A DNA stretch of 64,000 bases from NCBI GenBank assembly GCA_011364965.1, contig RDOB01000005.1:1-64000 (forward strand), read 5' to 3'. Shown here in pieces: positions 38,601 to 47,262 of this stretch. Positions within the stretch are counted from its first letter, which is position 1. Each line of letters starts with the position of its first letter. The notes beneath the pieces were generated by a model, which had not been told where the DNA came from, did no database searches, and saw only the letters and a list, made by a program, of their open reading frames with translations. Both the position numbers and the translations under genes were made by a program. This DNA is from Candidatus Heimdallarchaeota archaeon. Its GTDB lineage: Archaea > Asgardarchaeota > Heimdallarchaeia > Hodarchaeales > Hodarchaeaceae.

Positions 38601-39884
38601 GCAATTGGAAATAATCTTGAAAACTTAAGAGTTATTCTAGATTCCAATATTGAATCAACGTTGAAACAAATCAATACAATTTATCATATTGAGGATTCAA
38701 AAGATATTTTTGGATTAAAAGAGATTCAAGCTACAATTAAACAAACTAATAAGCGAATTCAATCTGCTATCTCTGAAATGTTGAAATCTCATATTGAAGA
38801 ATTTGACAGTAACATTCCTGATATTGTTAATTCATATGAAGCTATACACGCACAGACTGAAGAAGATCTAAATAAGTATCTAGAAGATTTAGGAGATCTA
38901 ATTTCGAGTTATCAAACTTCTGTGACAAATCAATTTCGTAATTACTTAAAGGATGAAAGAGAAAATATAGACTTTAAAGAAACAAATGAAGAACTAAAAG
39001 CTGTAGTACGTAATTTCAGCCAATCAACCTCTCAGAACATAGAATCGTTATCTAAAGATCTGGAAGATAATATTAAATTATCTCTTGATCAAATAAATAA
39101 ATCAAAAACGGCCATTGAAGCTCTTTTCAACAATTTAAATCAAATTAAATCAGAAGAAAATGAGAAATTAAGCGAGGAACTGACAAAATTCAAAAATACA
39201 GTTTTAACGTCGCTAGAACAGAACACAGAAGAAATTGTGAATCAAGTGAGTGCTAATATTGATCGTCATTATAACGAACTCGAGAAAAGTTCGTTAGCTC
39301 AATCTGGAAACGTAACAAATTTAATTCAAAGAATAAATGATGAAATTGAAAAACAGATATTGAGTATTCAGACTGAAACCACTAATAATTTCACTCAAAT
39401 GAGTCAAAATCAAGATTCCTTACAAGTAATATTAGAGAAAATTCAAGAGGAACTCTCTCAAACAAAACCTCTTGAGACGATAAGAACAGTTAATCTCGAT
39501 TCAGATGAGAGTAAAAGTACTTACATACTTGATATACTGAAATCGGCCGAGAAAAATGTCACGATCTTCTCATCAAATCCCACTTTTTTACCAGTTGCTG
39601 ATTTGAAGTCGATACCCTCTCAAAAACGAATTTGGATATTCACGAGTTTCGATTTCACTAAAAAAGGGAAAAAATGGTTTACAGACCTAAGCGAGCAAGT
39701 AAATATCAACTTGAGAGAAGCTAAAGCAAAGAAGATTAACGGGATTTTCGTGATCCAAGATGAGAAGCTTGCTTTAGTACTTCCTGAGAATTTAGGTTTA
39801 CTTATCGCAGATCCTAAATTTGTAACGAATCTTTCAGCACTTTTAGGTACTTTAAAGGGATCCACAATACGTGGATCCTCTTAA
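35688..39884 (+). CDS. TrmB-family protein: N-terminal wHTH + very long helical/coiled-coil insert + C-terminal TrmB effector-binding-like domain
   Basis: LTKQELRLYSLLIKFGP.T..EL...L.KL.QKGLI; ~1150 aa E/K/Q/S/N/L-rich with rare Pro; tail ILKSAEKNVTI...IFVIQDEKLALV. Confidence 0.7.
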   Translation: MKNSGVELMSISEEEFSLTKQELRLYSLLIKFGPKTKKELILSLDLQEKGDKFEEILGKLIQKGLITSSDEFYYPSIPIENIINILNLNLTTLKDNQKNVNDSFSLQKKILDENLKILKNSLENQLNESKSINSELNKSLKSEISEIEKTHVGKAEELTENFIGELKTRYIEKFSETQSKLSTEEAQLEKNWATAVEGFYSLPASGTRNIRESVSHYEKELSNIIDTTTTRIEEIQSQMGDILTVLETESASQLNEFFSNTQTASNEFKTNLLTEIGETRKHEKDFISDVRKNIQVNFVEKIDRVLKKVSDGLIKEIDEEIDKTLVNIRKETLDAISDSSSKLKAEFQEFKDNASELILEQKSYLEVLDSELSDFSNEQKLPNKKELFIKQLQAHLSTDITSLETNYLRIQKTVTEIMESIRRTAKNKLIEQTAEFDVLLNKFSDVTEKHLSRKDTDIIRLQQLSQSIDQFLRNLLVSIPGRANQFKTSLKDSFDSSINEVQNQMGDSTYSSIQEINTILQGSQKRVQGSFKESIDDSKREIANVIASLDQFATTITNLQSNYSEKIEPRFDQRAKIMNTELEAVARNFQQVLNGMESGYADINEKLASEHYINVTNIQSSFQSSSSQLKGEIDSIFSQNRAKNQEYLSQLDSTLQVHLDRTIEAIKEGFSQIKDEFNTELENQVKELNGFNEEQQANLSTTVESFIQQGEKYLEDFRTNLGKNLDENQKKVSEFITETRKSTNEVVSLHKSNISKYQEKGPTDILSFIKQIESEISNQTKNVREAMEELEVYYNELSDSTQGEISRLLLQVQESGDKLKALVKDSLHVITNSLERANESIDTYFSDSLTDLENQVGVASGFITSEVETSALSIQEEVEVLKKDLKDNIDKLSSGVKEIIESQDQDFQIKIPEFSKEFDQTFQNMIGDRKQQHQDLEQKTQESLESLIVSWNKQMSSGKEKLVDVSTQLDKAIGNNLENLRVILDSNIESTLKQINTIYHIEDSKDIFGLKEIQATIKQTNKRIQSAISEMLKSHIEEFDSNIPDIVNSYEAIHAQTEEDLNKYLEDLGDLISSYQTSVTNQFRNYLKDERENIDFKETNEELKAVVRNFSQSTSQNIESLSKDLEDNIKLSLDQINKSKTAIEALFNNLNQIKSEENEKLSEELTKFKNTVLTSLEQNTEEIVNQVSANIDRHYNELEKSSLAQSGNVTNLIQRINDEIEKQILSIQTETTNNFTQMSQNQDSLQVILEKIQEELSQTKPLETIRTVNLDSDESKSTYILDILKSAEKNVTIFSSNPTFLPVADLKSIPSQKRIWIFTSFDFTKKGKKWFTDLSEQVNINLREAKAKKINGIFVIQDEKLALVLPENLGLLIADPKFVTNLSALLGTLKGSTIRGSS

Positions 39885-39887
39885 CTA

Positions 39888-41723
39888 CTATACCGTAACT
39901 AACCCAATTAACCTACTTTTTTCTAGGGTTTGTTTACTTGGAAGCCCTGAACCTGTAAGGCCTTTTATTATATAATAATTATACAAGAGTGATCTGTACT
40001 TATTGAAAAAGTCTTTTCGCTTAGGTAAAAATAAAGAGAAAGTATCATCATAGTGTGTTTGGCCAGTTCTCGTGTTAAAAAGTCTTTCTAGAAGTGTAAT
40101 TCGATTTCCAACTTCAAAAAGATCATTAGGACGGAAATTTGATTTTAATGATTTATTAATAATTGATGTGAGGAGTAGAAGGTTTATTCCATATCGATTA
40201 AGAAAAAGTTTCGGAACAAAATGAAATAATAGCGCTTGAATAGCAGGCGGGATCATTTGGATCCATTTTTTTGATTTAAAGAGTAATGGTAGATATAAGG
40301 GACAAATAACTAAGGAATCTAAAACAGCACCCATGTTTTCCAACATAATTACTAATTCTGATTTTCCTTTTGATGATTTCGGTTTAGATTTAAATGGCAT
40401 TCCAAGTAGTTCAGAGTAAACAATGGAATCTGTTCTAAAATTATCTCCTTTAAAAGAGGAAATTCCAGTCATCAAACTTACTCCCAATATATTCGGATAA
40501 TAAAACATATTTCCAATTTGATTTTTGGTTATAGAAGATGCTTCACTGGTTTGATGATAAAAGAAATTCTCACCTCGCGAAAATTGATCCCCTATCCCCT
40601 CTTTATTTTCTATTTTGTCAATTAAAGAATACAGCTGTGATTCTCCCCAATTCATTCCCAAATTTATATCCAATAATTTTCTTTGATCCTCCTGAATGTT
40701 GAAAAGCGAAGCAATTGTCGCGCCTGTTGAAATAGGATCTAAAGCGTCATTATCACATTTTTCTATTGCTTTTTGAATATCTTCGTTGTTACCAATCATT
40801 AAATTTGGACCTAAAGAAGTAAAAGCTCCATAAGAGTTGCGATTACATTTGATTGAACATGAAAGACAATCTAGGGAATCCTTATACCCCTCGAATGAAT
40901 TTAATTTATTTGGATCTAATTTTACCTTCCTTGTGATATTTTTAGCTGGTAAGGTATCGTGTTCTAATGCTAGATAAGCGATAGAGAATGTTCCCCTAGA
41001 CTTTAACATTTCTGACCATTTAGAAAGATCAATCTCTTTCTGCAACTGTATTATTTCTTCTTCTAAGCTTTGATCCAATTGAGATAATTGGGGTGGTTCA
41101 GTAATTAAAATTGCTTTAATGTTTTTAGAAGCAAGAACTGCTCCTAATCCTCCTCTTCTGAAGTAATGCATTTGGTCAATACTAGCTCCAGCAAAAATTA
41201 CTTGTTTGGTAGCAGCTTTTCCAATTGAAATAATAGAAATATTATTCCCATGTTTTTCTCTCAAAAAAGCTTCAGTAGATGATGTATCAAAATCCCAGAA
41301 TTCAGATGCATCAAAAAAACCAAAATCTGCAAATTCATCAATGAGTATATATTGAGGAGCTTTCGCACATCCAGTTATCTGGAGGAAATCCAGATTTAAA
41401 TTACTCATATATGCACCGAATTTTCCAGTAGCAACTGATGTGCAAAGAGTATTTGAGTGAGGAGACTTAAATGTTGCAACAACGGTACCTGCAGATGGAA
41501 ATGTTGTACCTGTTAAGAAACCTGTTCCAAATATTATATTATTTTCAGGAGCTCTTGGACTAATGTCATGAGGGATTGTTTGATAAGCTAAGTATACTGT
41601 GATACCTCTTCCACCCAAAAATGCTTCAACAACGTTAGGTGGAATCTCCTCTTTTGGATAAATTTTATTTTCAGATAGATTTATCTTAGATACTTTCGGC
41701 TTCCACATAATTAAAAACACCAT
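39888..41723 (-). CDS. Aldehyde:ferredoxin oxidoreductase family protein, divergent
   Basis: FLGGRG, KSP, RGGLGAVLASKNIKAI, CLSCSIKC, CD..ALDPISTG, DSLVIC, G.RI..LER.FN, YY..GL...G.P. Confidence 0.8.
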   Translation of the reverse strand: MVFLIMWKPKVSKINLSENKIYPKEEIPPNVVEAFLGGRGITVYLAYQTIPHDISPRAPENNIIFGTGFLTGTTFPSAGTVVATFKSPHSNTLCTSVATGKFGAYMSNLNLDFLQITGCAKAPQYILIDEFADFGFFDASEFWDFDTSSTEAFLREKHGNNISIISIGKAATKQVIFAGASIDQMHYFRRGGLGAVLASKNIKAILITEPPQLSQLDQSLEEEIIQLQKEIDLSKWSEMLKSRGTFSIAYLALEHDTLPAKNITRKVKLDPNKLNSFEGYKDSLDCLSCSIKCNRNSYGAFTSLGPNLMIGNNEDIQKAIEKCDNDALDPISTGATIASLFNIQEDQRKLLDINLGMNWGESQLYSLIDKIENKEGIGDQFSRGENFFYHQTSEASSITKNQIGNMFYYPNILGVSLMTGISSFKGDNFRTDSIVYSELLGMPFKSKPKSSKGKSELVIMLENMGAVLDSLVICPLYLPLLFKSKKWIQMIPPAIQALLFHFVPKLFLNRYGINLLLLTSIINKSLKSNFRPNDLFEVGNRITLLERLFNTRTGQTHYDDTFSLFLPKRKDFFNKYRSLLYNYYIIKGLTGSGLPSKQTLEKSRLIGLVTV

Positions 41724-41749
41724 GACATCAATTATTGTTTTGAAGAAAA

Positions 41750-43201
41750 TTAGAGCTTAACATAATTTAAACTAATTTTCCGATTGGATACGTTTAGGAT
41801 TTTTGTATTTGATGCAACTTTTTCGTTATTATAAGTGAAAAGCTCTATTAATCTCGAGAAGACATCTTTGTCACATTCAGACTTTATTTTATCACGAAAA
41901 TCCCAGAGAGACAAAAACCATTTTTCTGAAAGAAATTTTTGCTTATCTAATTTTGAATCTTCTTTCTCCTGTTTAGATTTTGTTTTATAATCAAATTTAC
42001 CTTTTTGATAGATTAAAACCTCATAATACTCGTGTTGGAACACTACTGTTTCATTATTTTTTGTTTTAACCACCCAATTTTTATTATTTTTATACCAAAC
42101 CGTAATTTTATCTCTAAGCCTTATTCCTTGATTCATAATTTGATCATTTATGATATGTAATGGAATTTTTTCTATATTCTCTTGAATTGAATCATATAGT
42201 ACTATAAGAATACGACCATCCCGCAAATGCTTTAGTAGTTCGCTAAAATTTGGGTTCAAGCCAGATTCGTGTAAATTTCTCATATCTAATATTAATAAAT
42301 CGTATTTTGAGACACCTGAATGATTGAATTTTGGATTAAGTGCTAAGTTTATTAATGAAAGGTTCCCTGACTTTCCTTTCCTCTTTTTTTTAATTTGATA
42401 ATTATTAGATGATTTTAAAAACTTAAAAATTGAATTGTGAGTAGCATTGGTTGAAAATTTATGGCCAACTTTTTCTTCAATAATTGAAAGCAGTTCTTTC
42501 AGTTTCTCTATACCAATAGAATTTCGATTCAAGTCTCGTGCTACTTTCATTGTTGTACCAGAACCCAAAAAAGGATCGCATACCCACTCTTTTTCGCGAG
42601 TAAAGAGATTAATCAATTTTTTAGGTAATTCTTCTGGGAAAGCAGCAATATTTTCCTCTAATCGTCCTTTGATGGGAAGTACATTAGTCATCGGCCAGAT
42701 ATCTTGAGTAATTTTAAGTTCCGAATTGGATTTGCTTTCCATGAAATCCCCAGATTTTTGAAAAATCAAGATGTTTTCAATCAAATTGTCAGGATAGTAA
42801 TACATCGGATAGGGATGTTGTAAAAACACTCCGCTTCGCCTGCTAATGCGAATATAACCTTCAGGTTTTTTCCAGATAATTTGTCCTCTTAATTTAAATC
42901 CGATTTTCATTAAAATTTTAGTTAGATCTGCAATTATAGGATATTTGATCCCTTTTACAAGCATATCATCAATATTGAGAGAAATAATTCCTTTTGGAGC
43001 TATTCGAGCAAAAAATCTATTACCAAAATCCTCAATTAAGCTCAAAAATTCCTCATAATTTCTATAAAAATCTTCATAATCAAAAGGGGCATTAAAATAA
43101 GGTGGAGAAGTAATTAATAAGTCAATTAAAGGCAATCGATCTATTTCACTTGTTTTGGTACAATCTCCAAGGATAAGATAATGCGAAATACTATCGTTCA
43201 T
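41750..43201 (-). CDS. Site-specific DNA methyltransferase (N4-C/N6-A, beta class) with extra degenerate MTase-like domain
   Basis: GDC, DLLITSPPYF, IIWKK, AAFPEELP, DPFLGSGTT, RNSIGIE; C-terminal ~190 aa echoes the same fold without these motifs. Confidence 0.85.
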   Translation of the reverse strand: MNDSISHYLILGDCTKTSEIDRLPLIDLLITSPPYFNAPFDYEDFYRNYEEFLSLIEDFGNRFFARIAPKGIISLNIDDMLVKGIKYPIIADLTKILMKIGFKLRGQIIWKKPEGYIRISRRSGVFLQHPYPMYYYPDNLIENILIFQKSGDFMESKSNSELKITQDIWPMTNVLPIKGRLEENIAAFPEELPKKLINLFTREKEWVCDPFLGSGTTMKVARDLNRNSIGIEKLKELLSIIEEKVGHKFSTNATHNSIFKFLKSSNNYQIKKKRKGKSGNLSLINLALNPKFNHSGVSKYDLLILDMRNLHESGLNPNFSELLKHLRDGRILIVLYDSIQENIEKIPLHIINDQIMNQGIRLRDKITVWYKNNKNWVVKTKNNETVVFQHEYYEVLIYQKGKFDYKTKSKQEKEDSKLDKQKFLSEKWFLSLWDFRDKIKSECDKDVFSRLIELFTYNNEKVASNTKILNVSNRKISLNYVKL

Positions 43202-43354
43202 TCTTTATTCCCATATTAAGGATTCTAAAAACCAATCCAATACAGAATTGTCACATTTGACTCTGAGGATAATTCCAATAAAAAAAAACTGTAAAATCAT
43301 TTAACATAATACTGTAGCGAATCTTTATATATCTGCATATTATTACATAATCCG

Positions 43355-43376
43355 TCATAATTTACAACTATTATGA
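43355..43376. promoter_or_regulatory. Palindromic operator candidate TCATAA-N10-TTATGA upstream of the gdh-like operon
   Basis: Perfect 7-bp arms TCATAAT/ATTATGA; same geometry as the site at 48455. Confidence 0.55.
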
Positions 43377-43615
43377 AATTTTTTACACTTATTCAAAGAA
43401 AAATTTTAACACGTTATTTTATGTCATTTTTTTTCCTTTCTTTGCTAATTAATATGTGTGATTTCTATTGATATTTTTTATCAAATTTATTTCTTTCGCT
43501 GCATAAAATGATACTTAGTGTGAAAGAGCGCGTTTTTTTGGGTATTTCTGCTCACAGTATTTATTAAGTTGGATTACGCAATGTTTCATAGGTTGCAATG
43601 AAAGGATTGGATTGA

Positions 43616-44803
43616 ATGACCGCTTCATTGAATGTTCAAAAGCTTATTCAAGAAACCTCCATACCCTTAGCTGATAATCTCAATATCATTTCTTTTTTGG
43701 ACAAATGGGGTCCAGAACAGATAGTACAAGTATATGATCCCGATGTTAAGATGCTTGGATTCCTTATTATTGATAATACCTTTCTAGGGCCATCAATTGG
43801 AGGATTACGTGTCTCAAATACAACGACTCCTTATGATGCTTTTCAATTAGCACGTACGATGACTTGGAAATCTGCGTTATATAATTACGGATATGGAGGA
43901 GGAATGGCTGTCATTCACTCAAATCCATTCGGGGTTGAAAAATCAAAGTTAATAAGGTCATTTGCTAAAAAAATCTCTCAATATGTACCAGAAAAATTCA
44001 TAGCTTCTCCAGACATGAATATAGATGAAGAGGATTTACTACTTTTTGCTGAAACAATTGGTGATATGAAATCTGTAACTGGAAAACCCTTAAAGAAGGG
44101 AGGTATTCCTTCCAAATTAGGTATGGTTGGTTTTGGAATAGGTGTGTCATTAGAATCCACAATAAAGCTATTAGAAGAATATAACCACGTAAAAAATAGT
44201 ATTGGTAATAAAGTGGTGATTCAAGGATTCGGAAGTGTCGGTTCAGGCTTAGCTAAATACCTTTATAGTAAAGGGTTTCAAATTGTGGGCATTTGTGATT
44301 ACTGGGGAGCTATTCACGATCCTAAAGGCATCGAAATTCCTAGTATAGAAAAGAACTCCTCTGCTCGCGAGGAGAAGTCATCATTAAAGAATTTAAAACG
44401 TCTATCAGTGATCAAAAGGGATGAAATATGTTCTATTGATTCTGACATTTTTATCCCTTGTGCTTGTGAAAGAACAGTAAACGAAGTTAATTATGCCCAA
44501 ATTAAAGGGAAAGTTATCATAGAGGGTGCCAATAAAGCAATTTCACCACTTGCAGAGATTCAGTTGATTAAAAATGGAAAAATAATTGTTCCTGATCTCA
44601 TTTCAAATATTGGGGGATTAATTTCTTCCTACTCCGAATATAAGCAAATTGGAGTTAATGAAACATTTTCAATAATTCAATCCTCAGTTGAATCAGTAAC
44701 AAAAGAAATTATGAAAAGCTCTTTGGAATCAGGACTCACTTTGCGAAGAATCGCAACTGAAATCGCGAAGGAGAGAATACTAACTTCTATGGAGGCGAAT
44801 TAA
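43616..44803 (+). CDS. Glu/Leu/Phe/Val dehydrogenase homolog lacking conserved lysines (probable non-catalytic subunit)
   Basis: GPSIGGLR (vs GPxKGGxR), GGGMAVI (vs GGAKGG), LARTMTWK, VTGKP..GG, IQGFGSVG, IIEGAN, PD...N.GG. Confidence 0.85.
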   Translation: MTASLNVQKLIQETSIPLADNLNIISFLDKWGPEQIVQVYDPDVKMLGFLIIDNTFLGPSIGGLRVSNTTTPYDAFQLARTMTWKSALYNYGYGGGMAVIHSNPFGVEKSKLIRSFAKKISQYVPEKFIASPDMNIDEEDLLLFAETIGDMKSVTGKPLKKGGIPSKLGMVGFGIGVSLESTIKLLEEYNHVKNSIGNKVVIQGFGSVGSGLAKYLYSKGFQIVGICDYWGAIHDPKGIEIPSIEKNSSAREEKSSLKNLKRLSVIKRDEICSIDSDIFIPCACERTVNEVNYAQIKGKVIIEGANKAISPLAEIQLIKNGKIIVPDLISNIGGLISSYSEYKQIGVNETFSIIQSSVESVTKEIMKSSLESGLTLRRIATEIAKERILTSMEAN

Positions 44804-44808
44804 AGAAA

Positions 44809-45540
44809 ATGGAAGATGCTTTCGCTACATTTGATGAATCGTTTAACTATCTAGACCATATTAACACTCCATATCTCTCTAGTAAGATAAAAGGAAAATT
44901 TCCTGTGGAATCTTTTCATCCCTGTTATTTAGAGATGCCCAAAGATTCTTTAAAGATGAATTTATGCGGACGGAGTAATTATCAATCGAAAAATAAGAAA
45001 AAGAGTACTAATTGGATTAATAGACGGATAATAGAATTACCCATATATGATACCAATCGAAAGGATTCCTTTAATTGGAGGGAAATTACAAACTTTTGGT
45101 CTTCTTCCTCATCACTTGAAGATATCCCTTGTATCACGCTTGTGTTCAAAATAAGGGGATATTATTCCGCTTTTCGTGAAGCTCAGGTATTTACTGTCTT
45201 ACTTGTATGGCCTGGGTACTGTCGAATGCTTGAATTAGATTGGTATGAGGGGCCTGAAGATGATTGCATTACCCCTGAATGGTATATTCATTCACACAGG
45301 ATCCTAACGTTGGATAGAGCAATCAAACGGCTTAATTTGTCATATAAGAACGAACCTGGTTGGACAAATATAATTTACTCTATATATGTAAACCCGTACC
45401 AAATAGGAAATTCTCTGAAAGGAGATAAACAACATGGGGAGCCTGAACCCTGGATTTTTAAATGGAATTATAGTAAAGAGCAAGATTTCAGAGTGGAGAT
45501 GGATAATATGCTCTGCGAGATTTGTAAAATAATGGAGTAA
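44809..45540 (+). CDS. Hypothetical protein in the gdh operon
   Basis: 243-aa ORF, 5 bp after the upstream stop and 6 bp before the next start. Confidence 0.65.
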   Translation: MEDAFATFDESFNYLDHINTPYLSSKIKGKFPVESFHPCYLEMPKDSLKMNLCGRSNYQSKNKKKSTNWINRRIIELPIYDTNRKDSFNWREITNFWSSSSSLEDIPCITLVFKIRGYYSAFREAQVFTVLLVWPGYCRMLELDWYEGPEDDCITPEWYIHSHRILTLDRAIKRLNLSYKNEPGWTNIIYSIYVNPYQIGNSLKGDKQHGEPEPWIFKWNYSKEQDFRVEMDNMLCEICKIME

Positions 45541-45546
45541 GGAATT

Positions 45547-45942
45547 ATGGCAAATTTGTATTTAGGTTATGATATTAAAGACAAAGATCAATTCAACGTA
45601 CACGATTTGATAAGCCAGATCAAAGAAGAAGGTTTATTTGATCTAATCTTTACATCAGAGGATCTATTTGAAGATGAATCTTCTTCAAATGATGATTACT
45701 GGATGCAACAATCTGATTTTTGTATTTTCCTCTGTTCAAAGAACACTTCAAATTGTGCACGTCTATGTGATGATGTATATCAGGCTTTTTATGAAGGAAA
45801 AAAGATTATTCCCATATATAACAGTTTTGCAAATATATTTCCTCTCATAAGACATATTGAGGGGATCAAAATCGAAAGAAACGAGAGTTGTGTGAATAAA
45901 GTAGTGAAAAAACTCAATAAACTTATTGAAAGAGGTATGTGA
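45547..45942 (+). CDS. TIR-domain-like protein
   Basis: LYLGY...D, MQQSDFCIFLCSKNT, A..EGKKIIPIY follow the TIR beta/alpha pattern. Confidence 0.68.
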   Translation: MANLYLGYDIKDKDQFNVHDLISQIKEEGLFDLIFTSEDLFEDESSSNDDYWMQQSDFCIFLCSKNTSNCARLCDDVYQAFYEGKKIIPIYNSFANIFPLIRHIEGIKIERNESCVNKVVKKLNKLIERGM

Positions 45943-45943
45943 A

Positions 45944-47248
45944 ATGGAAATAACAAAACGAGAGATTTTCCACCAGAAAGAACTATCTGAGGATGAAACA
46001 AATCCATGGCAGAATGCATTAATACAGTTAAATGAGGCTGCAAAGGTAATAAACTTAGACAATAATATACTAAAGATTTTGGAAAGGCCCGCAACTACCC
46101 TTATCACTACTTTTCCAGTCACTATGGATGATGGAAGTATTGAAGTATTCGAGGGTTATCGTGTACAGCATAATATGTCACGGGGTCCTTGTAAAGGTGG
46201 TATTCGATTCTCCCCCTCGGTTAATATTGACGAAGTAAAAGCTCTAGCTGCTTGGATGACATGGAAAACAGCTGTCACTAATATTCCTTATGGTGGGGCA
46301 AAAGGTGGAGTAGTTGTCGATCCTAGCAAGCTTAGTCAATCAGAATTGCAGCGTCTTGTTAGAAGGTTTACTTATTCAATTATTTCCTTAATTGGTCCAA
46401 ACTCAGACATTCCCGCTCCTGATATCAATACAAATCCTGAGATAATGGCTGTAATGATGGATACGTATTCAATGATTAAAGGGCATACAGAGTTAGGAGT
46501 AGTGACAGGAAAACCAATAGAGGTTGGGGGTTCTCTTGGCCGGAAAGAAGCTACTGGTCGGGGTGTTTATATCACAATGGAAGAAGCACTCCATCAACAA
46601 AATAAGCAGTGTTGTGATGGGGTTAAAATAGCAATTCAGGGTTTTGGTAATGTAGGATCGCATTTCGCTAGAATTGCTTATGAAAATAAAGCAAAAATTA
46701 TAGGAGTTACTGACATATTTGGAGGGGTTTATAACCCAAATGGACTCGATATCCCCGATCTCATATCTTACGTTGAAAATTCAGGGAAGAGATCTGTAGT
46801 AGGCTATCCAGGTGCTGATCCGTTACCACAAGCTGACATTTTCTCCCTAGATGTCGATGTTCTTGCACCATGTGCTCTTGAAAATCAGATTACAACTTCT
46901 AATGCTGAAATTATTGAAGCGAGTTTAATTGTCGAAGGCGCAAATGGCCCTACTACTCCAAGAGCTGATAAAATTTTGAATGAAAGGGGAATTGTGGTAA
47001 TTCCTGATATTCTAGCTAATGCAGGTGGAGTAGTATGTAGTTACTTTGAATGGGTTCAATCTCTGCAATCTTTCTTCTGGTCTGATGATCAGGTAAATAA
47101 TGCGCTTTCAAACATCTTAATTAAATCATTCAAGGAAGTAAATCTCTATAAAAGTAGATATAATATCCAAGATCTCAGAACTGCTGCTATGTGTTTAGCG
47201 GTAAACAGAGTTGCTAAAGCTATTAAATTACGTGGTATATTCCCGTAA
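45944..47248 (+). CDS. gdhA: Glutamate dehydrogenase (NAD(P)-dependent)
   Basis: GYRVQHN..RGPCKGGIRF, MTWK, PYGGAKGG, DIPAPD, VTGKP..GGS.GR.EATGRG, QGFGNVG, EGANGPTT, PDILANAGGV..SYFEWVQ; ATG 45944 after GAGGT. Confidence 0.95.
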   Translation: MEITKREIFHQKELSEDETNPWQNALIQLNEAAKVINLDNNILKILERPATTLITTFPVTMDDGSIEVFEGYRVQHNMSRGPCKGGIRFSPSVNIDEVKALAAWMTWKTAVTNIPYGGAKGGVVVDPSKLSQSELQRLVRRFTYSIISLIGPNSDIPAPDINTNPEIMAVMMDTYSMIKGHTELGVVTGKPIEVGGSLGRKEATGRGVYITMEEALHQQNKQCCDGVKIAIQGFGNVGSHFARIAYENKAKIIGVTDIFGGVYNPNGLDIPDLISYVENSGKRSVVGYPGADPLPQADIFSLDVDVLAPCALENQITTSNAEIIEASLIVEGANGPTTPRADKILNERGIVVIPDILANAGGVVCSYFEWVQSLQSFFWSDDQVNNALSNILIKSFKEVNLYKSRYNIQDLRTAAMCLAVNRVAKAIKLRGIFP

Positions 47249-47262
47249 TTTCCTTTCTTTTT

